Of a DNA stretch of 64,000 nt, positions 23,078 through 36,819 are shown piece after piece (position 1 is the first letter of the stretch; each line of letters opens with the position of its first letter). The notes under the pieces were generated by a model. It saw only the letters and a list, made by a program, of their open reading frames with translations, did not search any database and was not told where the DNA came from. Position numbers and translations under genes: made by a program. Origin of the DNA: Basidiobolus meristosporus CBS 931.73 (taxonomy: Eukaryota > Fungi > Basidiobolomycota); the NCBI GenBank assembly GCA_002104905.1, contig MCFE01000114.1, positions 1 through 64,000 of the forward strand, read 5' to 3'.

Positions 23078-24339
23078 TTATTGATTTGAGTTAAAGACCA
23101 AGAGGTTAGGAGTCGTTCCTTTCAATCCAGTAATCGCATTCTTGGTGGCCTTCGATTGAAGGGCTGAGTAGACTTCGGCTGGGCTGTTCAATCCCCCTTG
23201 GGACAAATACAGTGCTGCAACACCAGCAACATGGGGGCTGGCCATACTGGTGCCGGAGATCTTGTTCGATGCGTTGGTGCTTCCAATCCAGGCTGATGTG
23301 ATATCCTGGCCTGGGGCCAGGATCTTCACACACTTGCCATAGTTGCTGAAGCTGGCCGAGGTGTCGGAGATGGTGGTAGCTCCAACGGCGAATGCTTGAT
23401 CGGCATTGGCAGGGGTGACATTGCAGGCATCTTGGCTCTCATTACCTGCAGCAACAATGAAGGTGACACCGGCTTGGACAGCAGCGTTGACTGCTTGCTT
23501 CAATGCCTCACTGTTACCTCCACCAAGTGACATGTTAGCAACACTCTTGCGGCCACTCTTCTTGGCTTGCTCGGCAACCCAGTTGACTCCAGAGATGACC
23601 CCGGAGGTGGTGCCGCTTCCACTGCCACTCAGCACCTTGACTCCGATGAGCTTGGCCTTCTTGGCCACACCATAGGTGTTGCCACCAACAGTGCCTGACA
23701 CATGGGTACCGTGACCGTTCAGATCATCAGTAGCCTCGCCAGTGATGAAGCTCACGGGGAGGGTAGCTCTGCCACTGAACTCGGTGTGCTTGACATTGAT
23801 ACCAGTATCGATGATGTACACATCAACTCCTTCACCAGCTGAGTCGGGGTAGTTGTAGGGGGCACTGGTGTCACGGGTGCGCTGAGAGATTCTTGGGAGA
23901 CCCCAGCTTGGAGGGTTGGTCTGGACACCGGAGATGGTGAACACTTGCTCAGCCTCGACATACTCGACATCTCCATGAGCCTTGAGCTCGGTGACCAAGC
24001 CTTGGCTGAGGGTGCCGGCATATGCGTTGAAGTTCTTCAGAGAGAACTTGCTCTTGAGCTCGTTCTTCAGTCCGTTGTTACCACTGCGGCCACGGTTATA
24101 CTGGTCAAGTTTAGTCTTCAAGAATTGGTCAACTGTATTATGCAATGGTATTCATCGGTTACTGCTACTGTATGCATTCATGAGGTGAGTTGATAAGTAT
24201 TACCTTTGTTGGAATCGGCACCTTCCTTGATCTTGACGATGTACTTGTTGGAGACATCCACGATTTGGGCCTCGGTCAACTGAGCAGTTAAGAGAATGGC
24301 AACCAAGGATCCCAGGGTGAAAGTGCGGAAGTTGACCAT
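23078..24339 (-). CDS. S8A subtilisin copy 4, subtype B; exons 24339-24204 and 24132-23078
   Basis: Intact triad; 71-bp intron. Confidence 0.96.
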
Positions 24340-24674
24340 GATATAGTGAATGCGTCAGTAGATGATAATACACTTCAAAGGGTAGTTGCTCCCTATTTAT
24401 AGCTTCATGGATGAGCAATACAGCCATAATAATACACTCGTATTTCTAAATCGGAATGCGGGGTTACTGGTTACTCTCAAGTACGTGGATGATGATCTTG
24501 GGAATCTCCTCACCATAGATTATCCATAGCATTGGCTAATGGATATCTCGATACGATGTACTACGTTTCCCTCATAATTCAACCTCATTGGGAAACTGAC
24601 ATGTTTACCTGTTCTTTACTATTGGGTTGTTCACTGGGCTTGTCGAGGCCACCAACCGAACGCCTGCTGATCCT

Positions 24675-24690
24675 TTCCATATTTTGGGAA
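24675..24690. promoter_or_regulatory. TTCC-N8-GGAA dyad upstream of copy 4
   Basis: ttccatattttgggaa, about 336 bp upstream. Confidence 0.5.
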
Positions 24691-25039
24691 TGGTAATGGT
24701 ATTCTCACCTTGATTAGTACCACACCATGAGAAATCTCTAATCTTATGGATGCATGGTACATTTCAATTGGAATTTCCATTATGGGTACTCTTTGTTTCT
24801 AAGGAACTGGAACCGCTCAATATTCCGGAACGCTATCTTCATATGTTATAACTCGCAAAATATTCTTAGCTACAACAAAAGTCTTGGACGCTATTATTGT
24901 CTGCTAGGGGTATATCAAATTCTCGAATTAACTTTATGGAAATCTCATTTTTACTGAACTCTAAAGTCACTATCAATACTTCATTTCTCTTTCATCTTAT
25001 TTACAACAGGATGTCTTGAAACGATCCGTACATACGAAT

Positions 25040-25640
25040 TTACTGGTTGGAGTTAAACACCGAGAGTGTAGCAGCAGTACCATTCAGTCCAGTAATGGCG
25101 TTCTCGGTGGCCTTAGATTGGAGCGCTGCGCATACCGCAGCTGGGCTCTTCAAACTCCCTCGGGATAAACACAAAGCGGCAACGCCAGCTAAATAGGGAC
25201 TGGTCACACTGGTGCCGGAGACCGTGCTCGATGCGTAGATGCTTCCAACACAGGTTGATGTGACATCCTGACCTGGGGCCAAGATCTTCACACACTTGCC
25301 ATGGTTACTGAAACTAGCCACCAATATAGGCGTGAAAACTCTTGAATGAGAACTTGTTCTTAAACTCACACAAACGCAGTTCTTTTTTACACTGCGACGT
25401 CGATTGTATCGATCGAGTTTAGACTTCAGGAATTGATTAAATGTATTATTGGTGAGAAAGTGAGGTAATGCGGCCGTACTAATTCCAGATGACTTCCGTG
25501 TTGCCATTGTTGGAATCCGCATCTTCCTTGACCTTGACGATGTGCTTGTCAGAGACATCCATAATTTGAGCATCGGCCAGTTGAATAATTGAAAGAGCGG
25601 TCATGAGAGAGCTAAGCGCAACTATACGGAAATAAACCAT
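25040..25640 (-). pseudogene. Subtilisin relic 3 with a large internal deletion
   Basis: Retains a degenerate exon 1 (MVYFRIV...DADSN), QFLKSKLDRYNRRRS and the C-terminal part (ASFSNHGKCVKILAPGQD...VFNSNQ). The region holding the catalytic Asp and His is missing, and the Ser motif has decayed to SGTSVTSPYLAG. Confidence 0.88.
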
Positions 25641-26586
25641 TGTATAGAGTATGGTATCCGAGGCGAATGGAGTTCTATCGAAAATAACTCCTTTATCTTA
25701 GCCATACCTTATAGCCTCTAATCAGTGTAAGTATTTAGGAAGCTCATATAAAAGTAATTTGGCATCGAGATTAATAAAAAAATCACTAAACTGAGAGGGT
25801 CGAAGGTTTTGAAGTATCCTAGTACCCTGGCAGGTTTTACAGTCTCTTCTCACCAATGAAATGACATCTGGTCTGAGAAACATACTTCGTGATGATGAAA
25901 TCAGTGGTTTCATACAAATTTAGTACGGACTAAACAACAACTAGAAACTACGATATCACTATCATATCATATATTTATCCCTTCCAAGCACTCAGCATAA
26001 GTGTGAGAACATCGCAGGAACCTTCAGGCTTGTTTATACACATTGTCCGAAGTCATCTGATAGTGGAATCGAGGTATAGTCTAATAGTCTCAATTGTGAT
26101 GTAATGATTTTTACGAAGGCCCTGGTCTACGATGCAATCCATTTAGACAAAGCGGTGTCGTGACCCCTGACCATAACACAAGGAGTAACATGCCTGACAT
26201 CTGGTATGAGAATAAATCCATTGAATGGCAGTCCATTAGGTGCGCGAACGTGAGTGCAATTTATTTTCCGAATTTTAACCTAGTTGTTGTATATAGTTAG
26301 GATTTACCCAAAGGTTGTAGCACAGGTTTCTCAATAGATTTGATACCACAACCCATCCTTGATTTATCCGAGACCATATACGGGAATGGGGATTGTCTAA
26401 ATGAAGCCTAACTCCATCCAATTTCATCAGCACCCACCTCATACCATTTGCTACACAGAATTCCCAGTAACAACTCCATATGAAACTTACGGAATAATTT
26501 ATTTGAAGGATGTACAAAATATTCCCGGCAATCGCTCACTACTGACCAGAGCCAAAGAGTAGAAGGTTGAGGGTGTATATAAATGT

Positions 26587-27845
26587 TCATTGGTTGGAGT
26601 TAAACACCAAGAGGTTGGGGGTAGTGCCCTTCAATCCAGTAATGGCGTTCTTCGTGGCCTTCGATTGAAGGGCTGAGTAGACTTCAGCTGGGCTGTTCAA
26701 TCCCCCTTGGGACAAATACAGTGCTGCAACACCAGCAACATGGGGGCTGGCCATACTGGTTCCCGAGATCTTGTTCGATGCATTGGTGCTTCCAATCCAG
26801 GCTGATGTGATGTCCTGGCCTGGAGCCAAGATCTTCACACACTTGCCATAGTTGCTGAAGCTGGCCGAGGTGTCAGAGATGGTGGTAGCACCAACCGCGA
26901 ATGCTTGATCGGCATTGGCAGGGGTGACATTGCAGGCATCTTGGCTCTCATTACCTGCAGCAACAATGAAGGTGACGCCAGCCTGGACAGCAGCGTTGAC
27001 TGCTTGCTTCAATGCCTCACTGTTACCTCCACCAAGTGACATGTTAGCAACGCTCTTGCGGCCACTCTTCTTGGCTTGCTCAGCAACCCAGTTGACTCCA
27101 GAGATGACCCCGGAGGTGGTGCCACTTCCACTGCCACTCAGCACCTTGACTCCGATGAGCTTGGCCTTCTTGGCCACACCATAGGTATTGCCACCAACAG
27201 TGCCTGACACATGGGTGCCGTGACCGTTGAGATCATCAGTAGCCTCGCCAGTGATGAAGCTCACGGGGAGGGTAGCTCTGCCACTGAACTCGGTGTGCTT
27301 GACATTGATACCAGTATCGATGATGTACACATCAACTCCTTCACCAGCTGAGTCGGGGTAGTTGTAGGGAGCACTGGTGTCACGGCTGCGCTGAGAGATT
27401 CTTGGAAGACCCCAGCTTGGAGGGTTGGTCTGGACACCGGAGATGGTGAACACTTGCTCAGCCTCGACATACTCGACATCCCCATGAGCCTTGAGCTCGG
27501 TGACCAAAGCCTTGGCTGAGGGTGCCGGCATATGCGTTGAAGTTCTTCAGAGAGAATTTGCTCTTGAGCTCGTTCTTCAGTTCCGTTGTTACCACTGCGG
27601 CCACGGTTATACTGGTCAAGCTTGGTCTTCAAGAATTGATCAACTACATTGGATACGCCTTTAGTCTCTACAGCTTACTATGTGCGATACCGCTATTTGG
27701 TTTCTTTACCTTTGTTGGAATCAGCACCCTCCTTGATCTTGACAATGTACTTGTTGGAAACATCTACGATTTGAGCTTCTGTCAATTGAGCAACCAGTAG
27801 AATTGCAACCAGGGAACCCAGAGTGAAAAAGCGGAAAGTAACCAT
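26587..27845 (-). pseudogene. S8A subtilisin copy 5, subtype B, with two 1-bp insertions in the propeptide (pseudogene or sequencing error); exons 27845-27710 and 27643-26587
   Basis: Extra T near 27581 (cagttccg vs cagtccg) and extra A near 27508 (gaccaaagcc vs gaccaagcc); catalytic domain intact; 66-bp intron. Confidence 0.8.
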
Positions 27846-28214
27846 GATACCACCAAATAATTGTTGATGCGAAGCTTAACACCACCTTAAGCGCTATGGG
27901 CCTTAAATATGTGCCGACTTCGCGACTAGTTGAAGTGCCGTTTCTTCATATTATCCGATATGGTAAACGATCCAATACAAACGGGCTAACTTGAAATTAC
28001 TGCTCAGGGAATTTCCTGGCTCCATGAGATATAGTTCATTGATTAGCCTAGCATTTGCGGTATATCTTTGTGTTATGTTACATTTTCCTCACTCCAATTT
28101 GTCTGCCACTCGGTATGTTTTGCAATTTCTGGGTCGTATGAGACAAACACCACAACAAACCAGTTTACACCCAAAATATAAACAGAATGCACTACTATAC
28201 TCGTTGCCGATCTA

Positions 28215-28230
28215 TACCAATTTTCCGGAA
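28215..28230. promoter_or_regulatory. Variant dyad (TACC-N8-GGAA) upstream of copy 5
   Basis: taccaattttccggaa preceded by tgccgatc, as in copies 10 and 12; about 370 bp upstream. Confidence 0.4.
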
Positions 28231-28594
28231 TTGGCACGAATAAATCTTCCATCGGTTATTCTGCCGCCTATTTACTCATCCTTTCGTACTACACTAGTTG
28301 TCTAGGGTACATAATCAAAGCGATTAGTCGTCATCATTGGTTACACGCAGCTTATACACTACGATAGCAGTAATATGACTAGGCAATTGAGCTTATTAGG
28401 ATTCATTGTGGTGTGATCGTCGTCTACAGATGCTTCCCAAGCTATTTCACCACTGTTATTGTATACAGTAAATTTGCACTTTCTTAGAGTTGTAAAATCA
28501 ATCTTTCAATGTCACGGAAGGTAGACATCGAAAAAATTTCAGTGATTTATTTAACATAACTGTTCCATTTGAAATATATACCATTTTTGACTGC

Positions 28595-29859
28595 TTATTG
28601 GTTGGAATTGAACACCAAAAGATTGGGGGTGGTGCCCTTCAGTCCTGTAATCGCATTCTTGGTGGCCTTCGATTGAAGGGCTGAGTAGACTTCAGCTGGG
28701 CTGTTCAGTCCCCCTTGGGACAAATACAGTGCTGCAACACCAGCAACATGGGGGCTGGCCATACTGGTTCCCGAGATCTTGTTCGATGCATTGGTGCTTC
28801 CAATCCAGGCTGATGTGATATCCTGGCCTGGGGCCAAGATCTTCACACACTTGCCATAGTTGCTGAAGCTGGCCGAGGTGTCGGAGATGGTGGTGGCACC
28901 GACAGCGAATGCTTGATCGGCATTGGCAGGGGTGACATTGCAGGCATCTTGGCTCTCATTACCTGCAGCAACAATGAAGGTGACGCCAGCCTGGACAGCA
29001 GCGTTGACTGCTTGCTTCAATGCCTCACTGTTGCCTCCACCAAGCGACATGTTAGCAACGCTCTTGCGGCCACTCTTCTTGGCTTGCTCGGCAACCCAGT
29101 TGACTCCAGAGATGACCCCGGAGGTAGTGCCACTTCCACTGCCACTCAGTACCTTGACTCCGATGAGCTTGGCCTTCTTGGCGACGCCATAGGTGTTGCC
29201 ACCAACAGTGCCTGACACGTGGGTACCGTGACCGTTGAGATCATCAGTAGCCTCGCCAGTGATGAAGCTCACGGGGAGGGTAGCTCTGCCACTGAACTCG
29301 GTGTGCTTGACATTGATACCAGTATCGATGATGTACACATCAACTCCTTCACCAGCTGAGTCGGGGTAGTTGTAGGGAGCACTGGTGTCACGGGTGCGCT
29401 GAGAGATTCTTGGAAGACCCCAGCTTGGAGGGTTGGTCTGGACACCGGAGATGGTGAACACTTGCTCAGCCTCGACATACTCGACATCTCCATGAGCCTT
29501 GAGCTCGGTGACCAAGCCTTGGCTGAGGGTGCCGGCGTAGGCGTTGAAGTCTTCCAGGGAGAACTTGCTCTTGAGCTCGTTCTTCATTCCATTGTTACCA
29601 CTGCGGCCACGGTTATACTGGTCAAGCTTGGTCTTCAAGAATTGGTCCACTGTGAATGATAGATGTTCATTGTGGTCAGATTTATTTTACAACATCAGCG
29701 CCCACAAAACACTACGGGTTTACCTTTGTTGGAGTCAGCTCCTTCTTTGATTTTGACGATATACTTGTTGGAGACATCTACGATTTGAGCCTCGGTCAAT
29801 TGGACAGTCAAGAGAATAGCAACCAGAGAGCCCAAGGTGAAAGTGCGAAAGCTGACCAT
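28595..29859 (-). CDS. S8A subtilisin copy 6, subtype B; exons 29859-29724 and 29649-28595
   Basis: Intact triad; 74-bp intron. Confidence 0.96.
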
Positions 29860-30601
29860 AGAGTAAAGAAAGTGATTGAAATTGTTGCATTCCCTGGTAT
29901 CCAACCACGCCTTTTTATGGAAAAATAGAAACCAACGTTGAAGCGGTGCGTTACACTTGATTAGTGTAATGAGTGAACACACATAGCCTACGAACTAATT
30001 ATCGAAATGGCGGTCATATGAGCAGATGGTTTGTCCGACGTATATCTGGTATAATTTCTCATATCCACGGGAGCTCAATTACAACAGTGCAAACGGTCAA
30101 TCTAGATGGTAAAGGATAGCATGGGTGTTCTTCTTGATAACCAGCCGGCTTTATCTTGCTGAGTAGTTTTTTTGTACGAATGGGAAATATCCGGAGGCAT
30201 ATCGCTACCGATTTTGGTCATATCTGTAATCCAGGTCTGCGGTGATAGATACTTCAAGTGGGCAGATTAGAAATACTGTAGCACGATGTAACTTGCCAAA
30301 ATCAAATTCAGTGATGTAGAAAATTAGGATGTCATCACAACCCGCTTGAAATCTTGGGTATTATACCCATATGCCATTCAAGAGCCATGCTGGAAACTAG
30401 GTAGTATTCGATGAATGATTGCGAAGGCGGCGATTACCTCCAAATCTATATGTCGGGCTAACCACTTCAAATCCGAAATGTTTTGCTATTCCATGATGAT
30501 CGAGCAGACAGGATGGAAATCAACACGCTTATATATAAATTGATGTAGCTACTTTATTTTACTTGTTTCCAATTCGTTACCAAACTGTCGTTAGTTTCAA
30601 T

Positions 30602-31866
30602 TCATTGGTTTGAGTTGAACACCAAAAGGTTGGGGGTGGTGCCCTTCAATCCTGTAATCGCATTCTTGGTAGCCTTCGATTGAAGGGCTGAGTAGACCTC
30701 AGCTGGGCTGTTCAATCCCCCTTGGGACAAATACAGTGCTGCAACACCAGCAACATGGGGGCTGGCCATACTGGTGCCCGAGATCTTGTTCGATGCATTG
30801 GTGCTTCCAATCCAGGCTGATGTGATATCCTGGCCTGGGGCCAAGATCTTCACACACTTGCCATAGTTGCTGAAGCTTGCCGAGGTGTCGGAGATGGTGG
30901 TGGCACCAACAGCGAATGCTTGATCGGCATTGGCAGGGGTGACATTGCAGGCATCTTGGCTCTCATTACCTGCAGCAACAATGAAGGTGACACCGGCTTG
31001 GACAGCAGCGTTGACTGCTTGCTTCAATGCCTCACTGTTACCTCCGCCAAGCGACATGTTAGCAACGCTCTTGCGGCCACTCTTCTTGGCTTGCTCAGCA
31101 ACCCAGTTGACTCCAGAGATGACCCCGGAGGTGGTGCCACTTCCACTGCCACTCAGCACCTTGACTCCGATGAGCTTGGCCTTCTTGGCCACCCCATAGG
31201 TGTTGCCACCAACAGTGCCTGACACGTGGGTGCCGTGACCGTTGAGATCATCAGTAGCCTCGCCAGTGATGAAGCTCACGGGGAGGGTAGCTCTGCCACT
31301 GAACTCGGTGTGCTTGACATTGATACCAGTATCGATGATGTACACATCAACTCCTTCACCAGCTGAGTCGGGGTAGTTGTAGGGGGCACTGGTGTCACGG
31401 GTGCGCTGAGAGATTCTTGGAAGACCCCAGCTTGGAGGGTTGGTCTGGACACCGGAGATGGTGAACACTTGCTCAGCCTCGACATACTCGACATCCCCAT
31501 GAGCCTTGAGCTCGGTGACCAAGCCTTGGCTGAGGGTGCCGGCGTATGCGTTGAAGTTCTTCAGAGAGAACTTGCTCTTGAGCTCGTTCTTCAGTCCGTT
31601 GTTACCACTGCGGCCACGGTTATACTGGTCAAGCTTGGTCTTCAAGAATTGGTCCACTGTGAATGATAGATGTTAGTTGTGGTCAGATTTATATTACTAC
31701 ATCAGCGCCCACAAAATATCACGGGTTTACCTTTGTTGGAATCGGCACCTTCCTTGATCTTGACGATGTACTTGTTGGAGACATCCACGATTTGGGCCTC
31801 GGTCAACTGAGCAGTCAAGAGAATGGCAACCAAGGATCCCAGGGTGAAAGTGCGGAAGTTGACCAT
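30602..31866 (-). CDS. S8A subtilisin copy 7, subtype B; exons 31866-31731 and 31656-30602
   Basis: Intact triad; 74-bp intron resembling that of copy 6. Confidence 0.96.
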
Positions 31867-32698
31867 GATATAGTGAATGCGTCAGTAGATGATAATACAC
31901 TTCAAAGGGTAGTTGCTCCCTATTTATAGTTTCATGGATGAGCAATACAGCCATAATAATACACTCGTATTTCTAAATCGGAATGCGGGGTTACTGGTTA
32001 CTCTAGAGTATGTGGATGATGATCTTGGGAATCTCCTCACCATAGATTATCCTTAGCATTGGCCAATGGATATCTCGATAAGATGCACTACATTTCTCTC
32101 GTGATCGAACCTCTTTGGTATTCGGAACTCTCACGAAAAAGGGCGAATCAGTTAAGAGTTGCTCTCCAACTTGGTAATACCAGGAAACTACCATGGCCAC
32201 AAATTCTAGACTATTGTGTAGTTGGCTGGATTTCACGTTGCTCCTGACTAATAGTCCTTTTAATTATTCAATAGTTCGGGAATGATGCTCTCAACTTGAC
32301 TCTTAGCACAATTTCTGGTATTTGTACCTCGTTTGTAATAGTTACCAAGTTGGAGCCATTGCGGTATGCAAGATTCGACATTATTTTCTCACGTAATATC
32401 CACATTCAGGGTAACATTATCAACAACTAGACGACGTGATCGTAGCGAAGAACAGCCTAACGGATTCAAACTGAAACATTCAATACCACGATCTTTTTTC
32501 GATGGTTAAGTTTTACAGAGTTCTTGATTCAAATTTTTTTAAACGAGTTCCAAATATCAACCAACTATAACCATACCACTTAAGTATGCTAATATTTGCT
32601 TGATTGCACTGCACCAAGGAAATATCGATTTTTATAAAATTTTTAACTTGGTATTTATTTGAGCAAAATCCTTCTCAAAATGTTTCCTACATTCGCAC

Positions 32699-33966
32699 CT
32701 ACTGATTGGAGTTGAACACCAAAAGGTTAGGGGTAGTACCCTTCAATCCAGTAATCGCATTCTTGGTGGCCTTCGATTGAAGGGCTGAGTAGACCTCAGC
32801 TGGGCTGTTCAATCCCCCTTGGGACAAATACAGTGCTGCAACACCAGCAACATGGGGGCTGGCCATACTGGTTCCCGAGATCTTGTTCGATGCATTGGTG
32901 CTTCCAATCCAGGCTGATGTGATGTCCTGGCCTGGAGCCAAGATCTTCACACACTTGCCATAGTTGCTGAAGCTGGCCGAGGTGTCGGAGATGGTGGTAG
33001 CACCAACCGCGAATGCTTGATCGGCATTGGCAGGGGTGACATTGCAGGCATCTTGACTCTCATTACCTGCAGCAACAATGAAGGTGACGCCAGCCTGGAC
33101 AGCAGCGTTGACTGCTTGCTTCAATGCCTCGCTATTACCTCCGCCAAGCGACATGTTAGCAACGCTCTTGCGGCCACTCTTCTTGGCTTGCTCGGCAACC
33201 CAGTTGACTCCAGAGATGACCCCGGAGGTGGTGCCGCTTCCACTGCCACTCAGCACCTTGACTCCGATGAGCTTGGCCTTCTTGGCCACACCATAGGTGT
33301 TGCCACCAACAGTGCCTGACACGTGGGTACCGTGACCGTTGAGATCATCAGTAGCCTCGCCAGTGATGAAGCTCACGGGGAGGGTAGCTCTGCCACTGAA
33401 CTCGGTGTGCTTGACATTGATACCAGTATCGATGATGTACACATCAACTCCTTCACCAGCTGAGTCGGGGTAGTTGTAGGGGGCACTGGTGTCACGGGTG
33501 CGCTGAGAGATTCTTGGAAGACCCCAGCTTGGAGGGTTGGTCTGGACACCGGAGATGGTGAACACTTGCTCAGCCTCGACATACTCGACATCCCCATGAG
33601 CCTTGAGCTCGGTGACCAAGCCTTGGCTGAGGGTGCCGGCATATGCGTTGAAGTTCTTTAGAGAGAACTTGCTCTTGAGCTCGTTCTTCAGTCCGTTGTT
33701 GCCACTACGCCCGCGGTTGTATTGGTCAAGCTTGGTCTTCAAGAACTGATCCACTATAAAAGATGATGGTAATCATTGATGAGTCGCATTATCCTATAAT
33801 ATCAGCGCTACCTAGGCACAACAAGCATACCTTTGTTGGAGTCAGCGCCTTCCTTGATCTTGACGATGTACTTGTTTGAGACATCCACGCTTTGAGCCTC
33901 GGTCAACTGAGCAGTCAGGAGAATGGCAACCAAAGAGCCCAGGGTGAAAGTGCGGAAGTTGACCAT
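32699..33966 (-). CDS. S8A subtilisin copy 8, subtype B; exons 33966-33831 and 33753-32699
   Basis: Intact triad; 77-bp intron. Confidence 0.96.
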
Positions 33967-34372
33967 GATAAAATAGATGATGCAATGAGTGATGATACAT
34001 TGCAAAGCGCGGTTGCCCAGTTTTATAGCTTCATGGGTGATCAATCCAGCGATGGTCTTACATATTCACCTTGCCTGATTCACCAACAAGATCAATAGTT
34101 ACTGGAGAGCACGTAGATGATAGTCTTGGGAATTTTCCCACCACGAATTATCTACTAAATTGGCTAATGTACCTCGCATCGCGACGCGATGTACTACATC
34201 CCTCACATGATCAAACTTCCTTGATCCTCGGAACTCACCCAAGAAATAGCGAATCAGTCAGAGGTGCCCGTCCGTTTTGAAAATCCCGGGAAACTAGTAT
34301 CATCACCTGTTCTTGACAAACATGTAGTTAACCGAGCACCTTGACAAATCTCACTAAGCAACTGTAGATCCT

Positions 34373-34388
34373 TTCCATTTTTCGGGAA
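34373..34388. promoter_or_regulatory. TTCC-N8-GGAA dyad upstream of copy 8
   Basis: ttccatttttcgggaa, about 407 bp upstream. Confidence 0.5.
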
Positions 34389-34795
34389 TTGTAATAGTAC
34401 TCGCAGTTTTATTACTATATCGTCATGGGAAACCATGGCCGGTTTTTATTGTCATGGATTTGGGAATATTGCGATATGCAACTTTCAACGATAGCTTCTT
34501 ACGCAAGATAAAGTGGTATGTAATTGGGCTTATCCACAGTCGGACACATCCAAGTCTCATGTAACATTAATCTTCCATTCCAAAATCTTGACTGTATCGA
34601 TCACCTTCGCAGGATTGGATTTTATCTAAATATCTCTTTTACACTCTCGTAAAACGTATTAGCAAAGCTATTGCGGATTGGCCCACTGTGATACTTACCT
34701 GCGATAATTCGTCTTGTTCTCTTAACGGATTTTTAGAATATTTTCACCATAGTATTTATTTGAATCATTTCTGAAAACATTGCGCAAAATCAAGT

Positions 34796-36063
34796 TCACT
34801 GGTTTGAGTTGAACACCAAAAGGTTGGGGGTGGTGCCCTTCAGCCCTGTAATCGCATTCTTGGTGGCCTTCGATTGAAGGGCTGAGTAGACTTCAGCTGG
34901 GCTGTTCAGTCCCCCTTGGGACAAATACAGTGCTGCAACACCAGCAACATGGGGGCTGGCCATACTGGTGCCGGAGATCTTGTTCGATGCATTGGTGCTT
35001 CCAATCCAGGCTGAGGTGATGTCCTGGCCTGGGGCCAAGATCTTCACACACTTGCCATAGTTGCTGAAGCTGGCCGAGGTGTCGGAGATGGTGGTAGCTC
35101 CAACAGCGAATGCTTGATCGGCATTGGCAGGGGTGACATTGCAGGCATCTTGGCTCTCATTACCTGCAGCAACAATGAAGGTGACGCCAGCCTGGACAGC
35201 AGCGTTGACTGCTTGCTTCAATGCCTCGCTATTACCTCCGCCAAGCGACATGTTAGCAACACTCTTGCGGCCACTCTTCTTGGCTTGCTCGGCAACCCAG
35301 TTGACTCCAGAGATGACCCCGGAGGTGGTGCCGCTTCCACTGCCACTCAGTACCTTGACTCCGATGAGCTTGGCCTTCTTGGCCACGCCATAGGTGTTGC
35401 CACCAACAGTGCCTGACACATGGGTACCGTGACCGTTCAGATCATCAGTAGCCTCGCCAGTGATGAAGCTCACGGGGAGGGTAGCTCTGCCACTGAACTC
35501 GGTGTGCTTGACATTGATACCAGTATCGATGATGTACACATCAACTCCTTCACCAGCTGAGTCGGGGTAGTTGTAGGGGGCACTGGTGTCACGGGTGCGC
35601 TGAGAGATTCTTGGAAGACCCCAGCTTGGAGGGTTGGTCTGGACACCGGAGATGGTGAACACTTGCTCAGCCTCGACATACTCGACATCTCCATGAGCCT
35701 TGAGCTCGGTGACCAAGCCTTGGCTGAGGGTGCCGGCATATGCGTTGAAGTTCTTCAGAGAGAACTTGCTCTTGAGCTCGTTCTTCAGTCCATTGTTACC
35801 ACTGCGGCCACGGTTATATTGGTCAAGCTTCGTCTTCAAGAATTGGTCCACTATAAAAGACAACGATAACCATTAATTATTTGCCTCATCCTGCAATGTC
35901 AGGGCCACCTAGGGACTGCAAGCCTACCTTTGTTGGAGTCAGCGCCTTCCTTGATCTTGACGATGTACTTGTTGGAGACATCCACGATTTGAGCCTCGGT
36001 CAACTGAGCAGTCAGAAGAATGGCAACCAGGGAGCCCAAAGTGAAAGTGCGGAAATTGACCAT
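34796..36063 (-). CDS. S8A subtilisin copy 9, subtype B; exons 36063-35928 and 35850-34796
   Basis: Intact triad; 77-bp intron. Confidence 0.96.
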
Positions 36064-36819
36064 GATATTATTGATGGTTAAGGTTTGATATCTAGAATCA
36101 ACGGCTTCTTCGTCTTCTTATAGTTTTCCACACTCTGGTGTGAAGGTAGTGTGATGGTTCCCGGTAATACCCTAGTTGAGATTCTGTTGCTTGTGTTTAA
36201 GACATATCTTCAGAGTCAGTGGGAAGATTTATATGATATGGCTGATAATCGCGGTCCAAGTTACGCTAAAAAGATGGGTAATATCTGCAAGATGCCGTTA
36301 ATATCATGTTTAGTCATTGATAAGGCAAGTAACCCACCAAGCAAAAAAATCACATTCGTAACCTGTTGGAAACGAGTTATTGCCCATTATATTATTGATT
36401 ATTGTATATTTATTTACCGATCCTATCCCTCTCTCTGGAATCAGGCTCACAATTTCCCCGGATGCAATAATGTGAGCGGATGAGCGATCTGGTAATACTC
36501 CTTATATACTAGTGCTATTTTCATCATGTTAATATGACAAAATTTCTGGCCGTCGAGCATTTTCGTGGACTTTTCGTTCTCTATCCTAAAATCCGGTACA
36601 TTACCAACTGAACGTTTGATCATGCTATCACGTGATGGTTACATCAATACTTCTACAATTCTGAGAAATATTTTAGATTTAATAGTTTAACAAGTTAACG
36701 ATATGCGGCATGTATATAGTACTCAATTTGCAAATAAAATAACATTTTGGGTAATGCGCCTTTATTCTCCTTCGCTTGTGTTATGATGTGTTAGAGACCT
36801 GACGTTTGTAGTAAACCAT

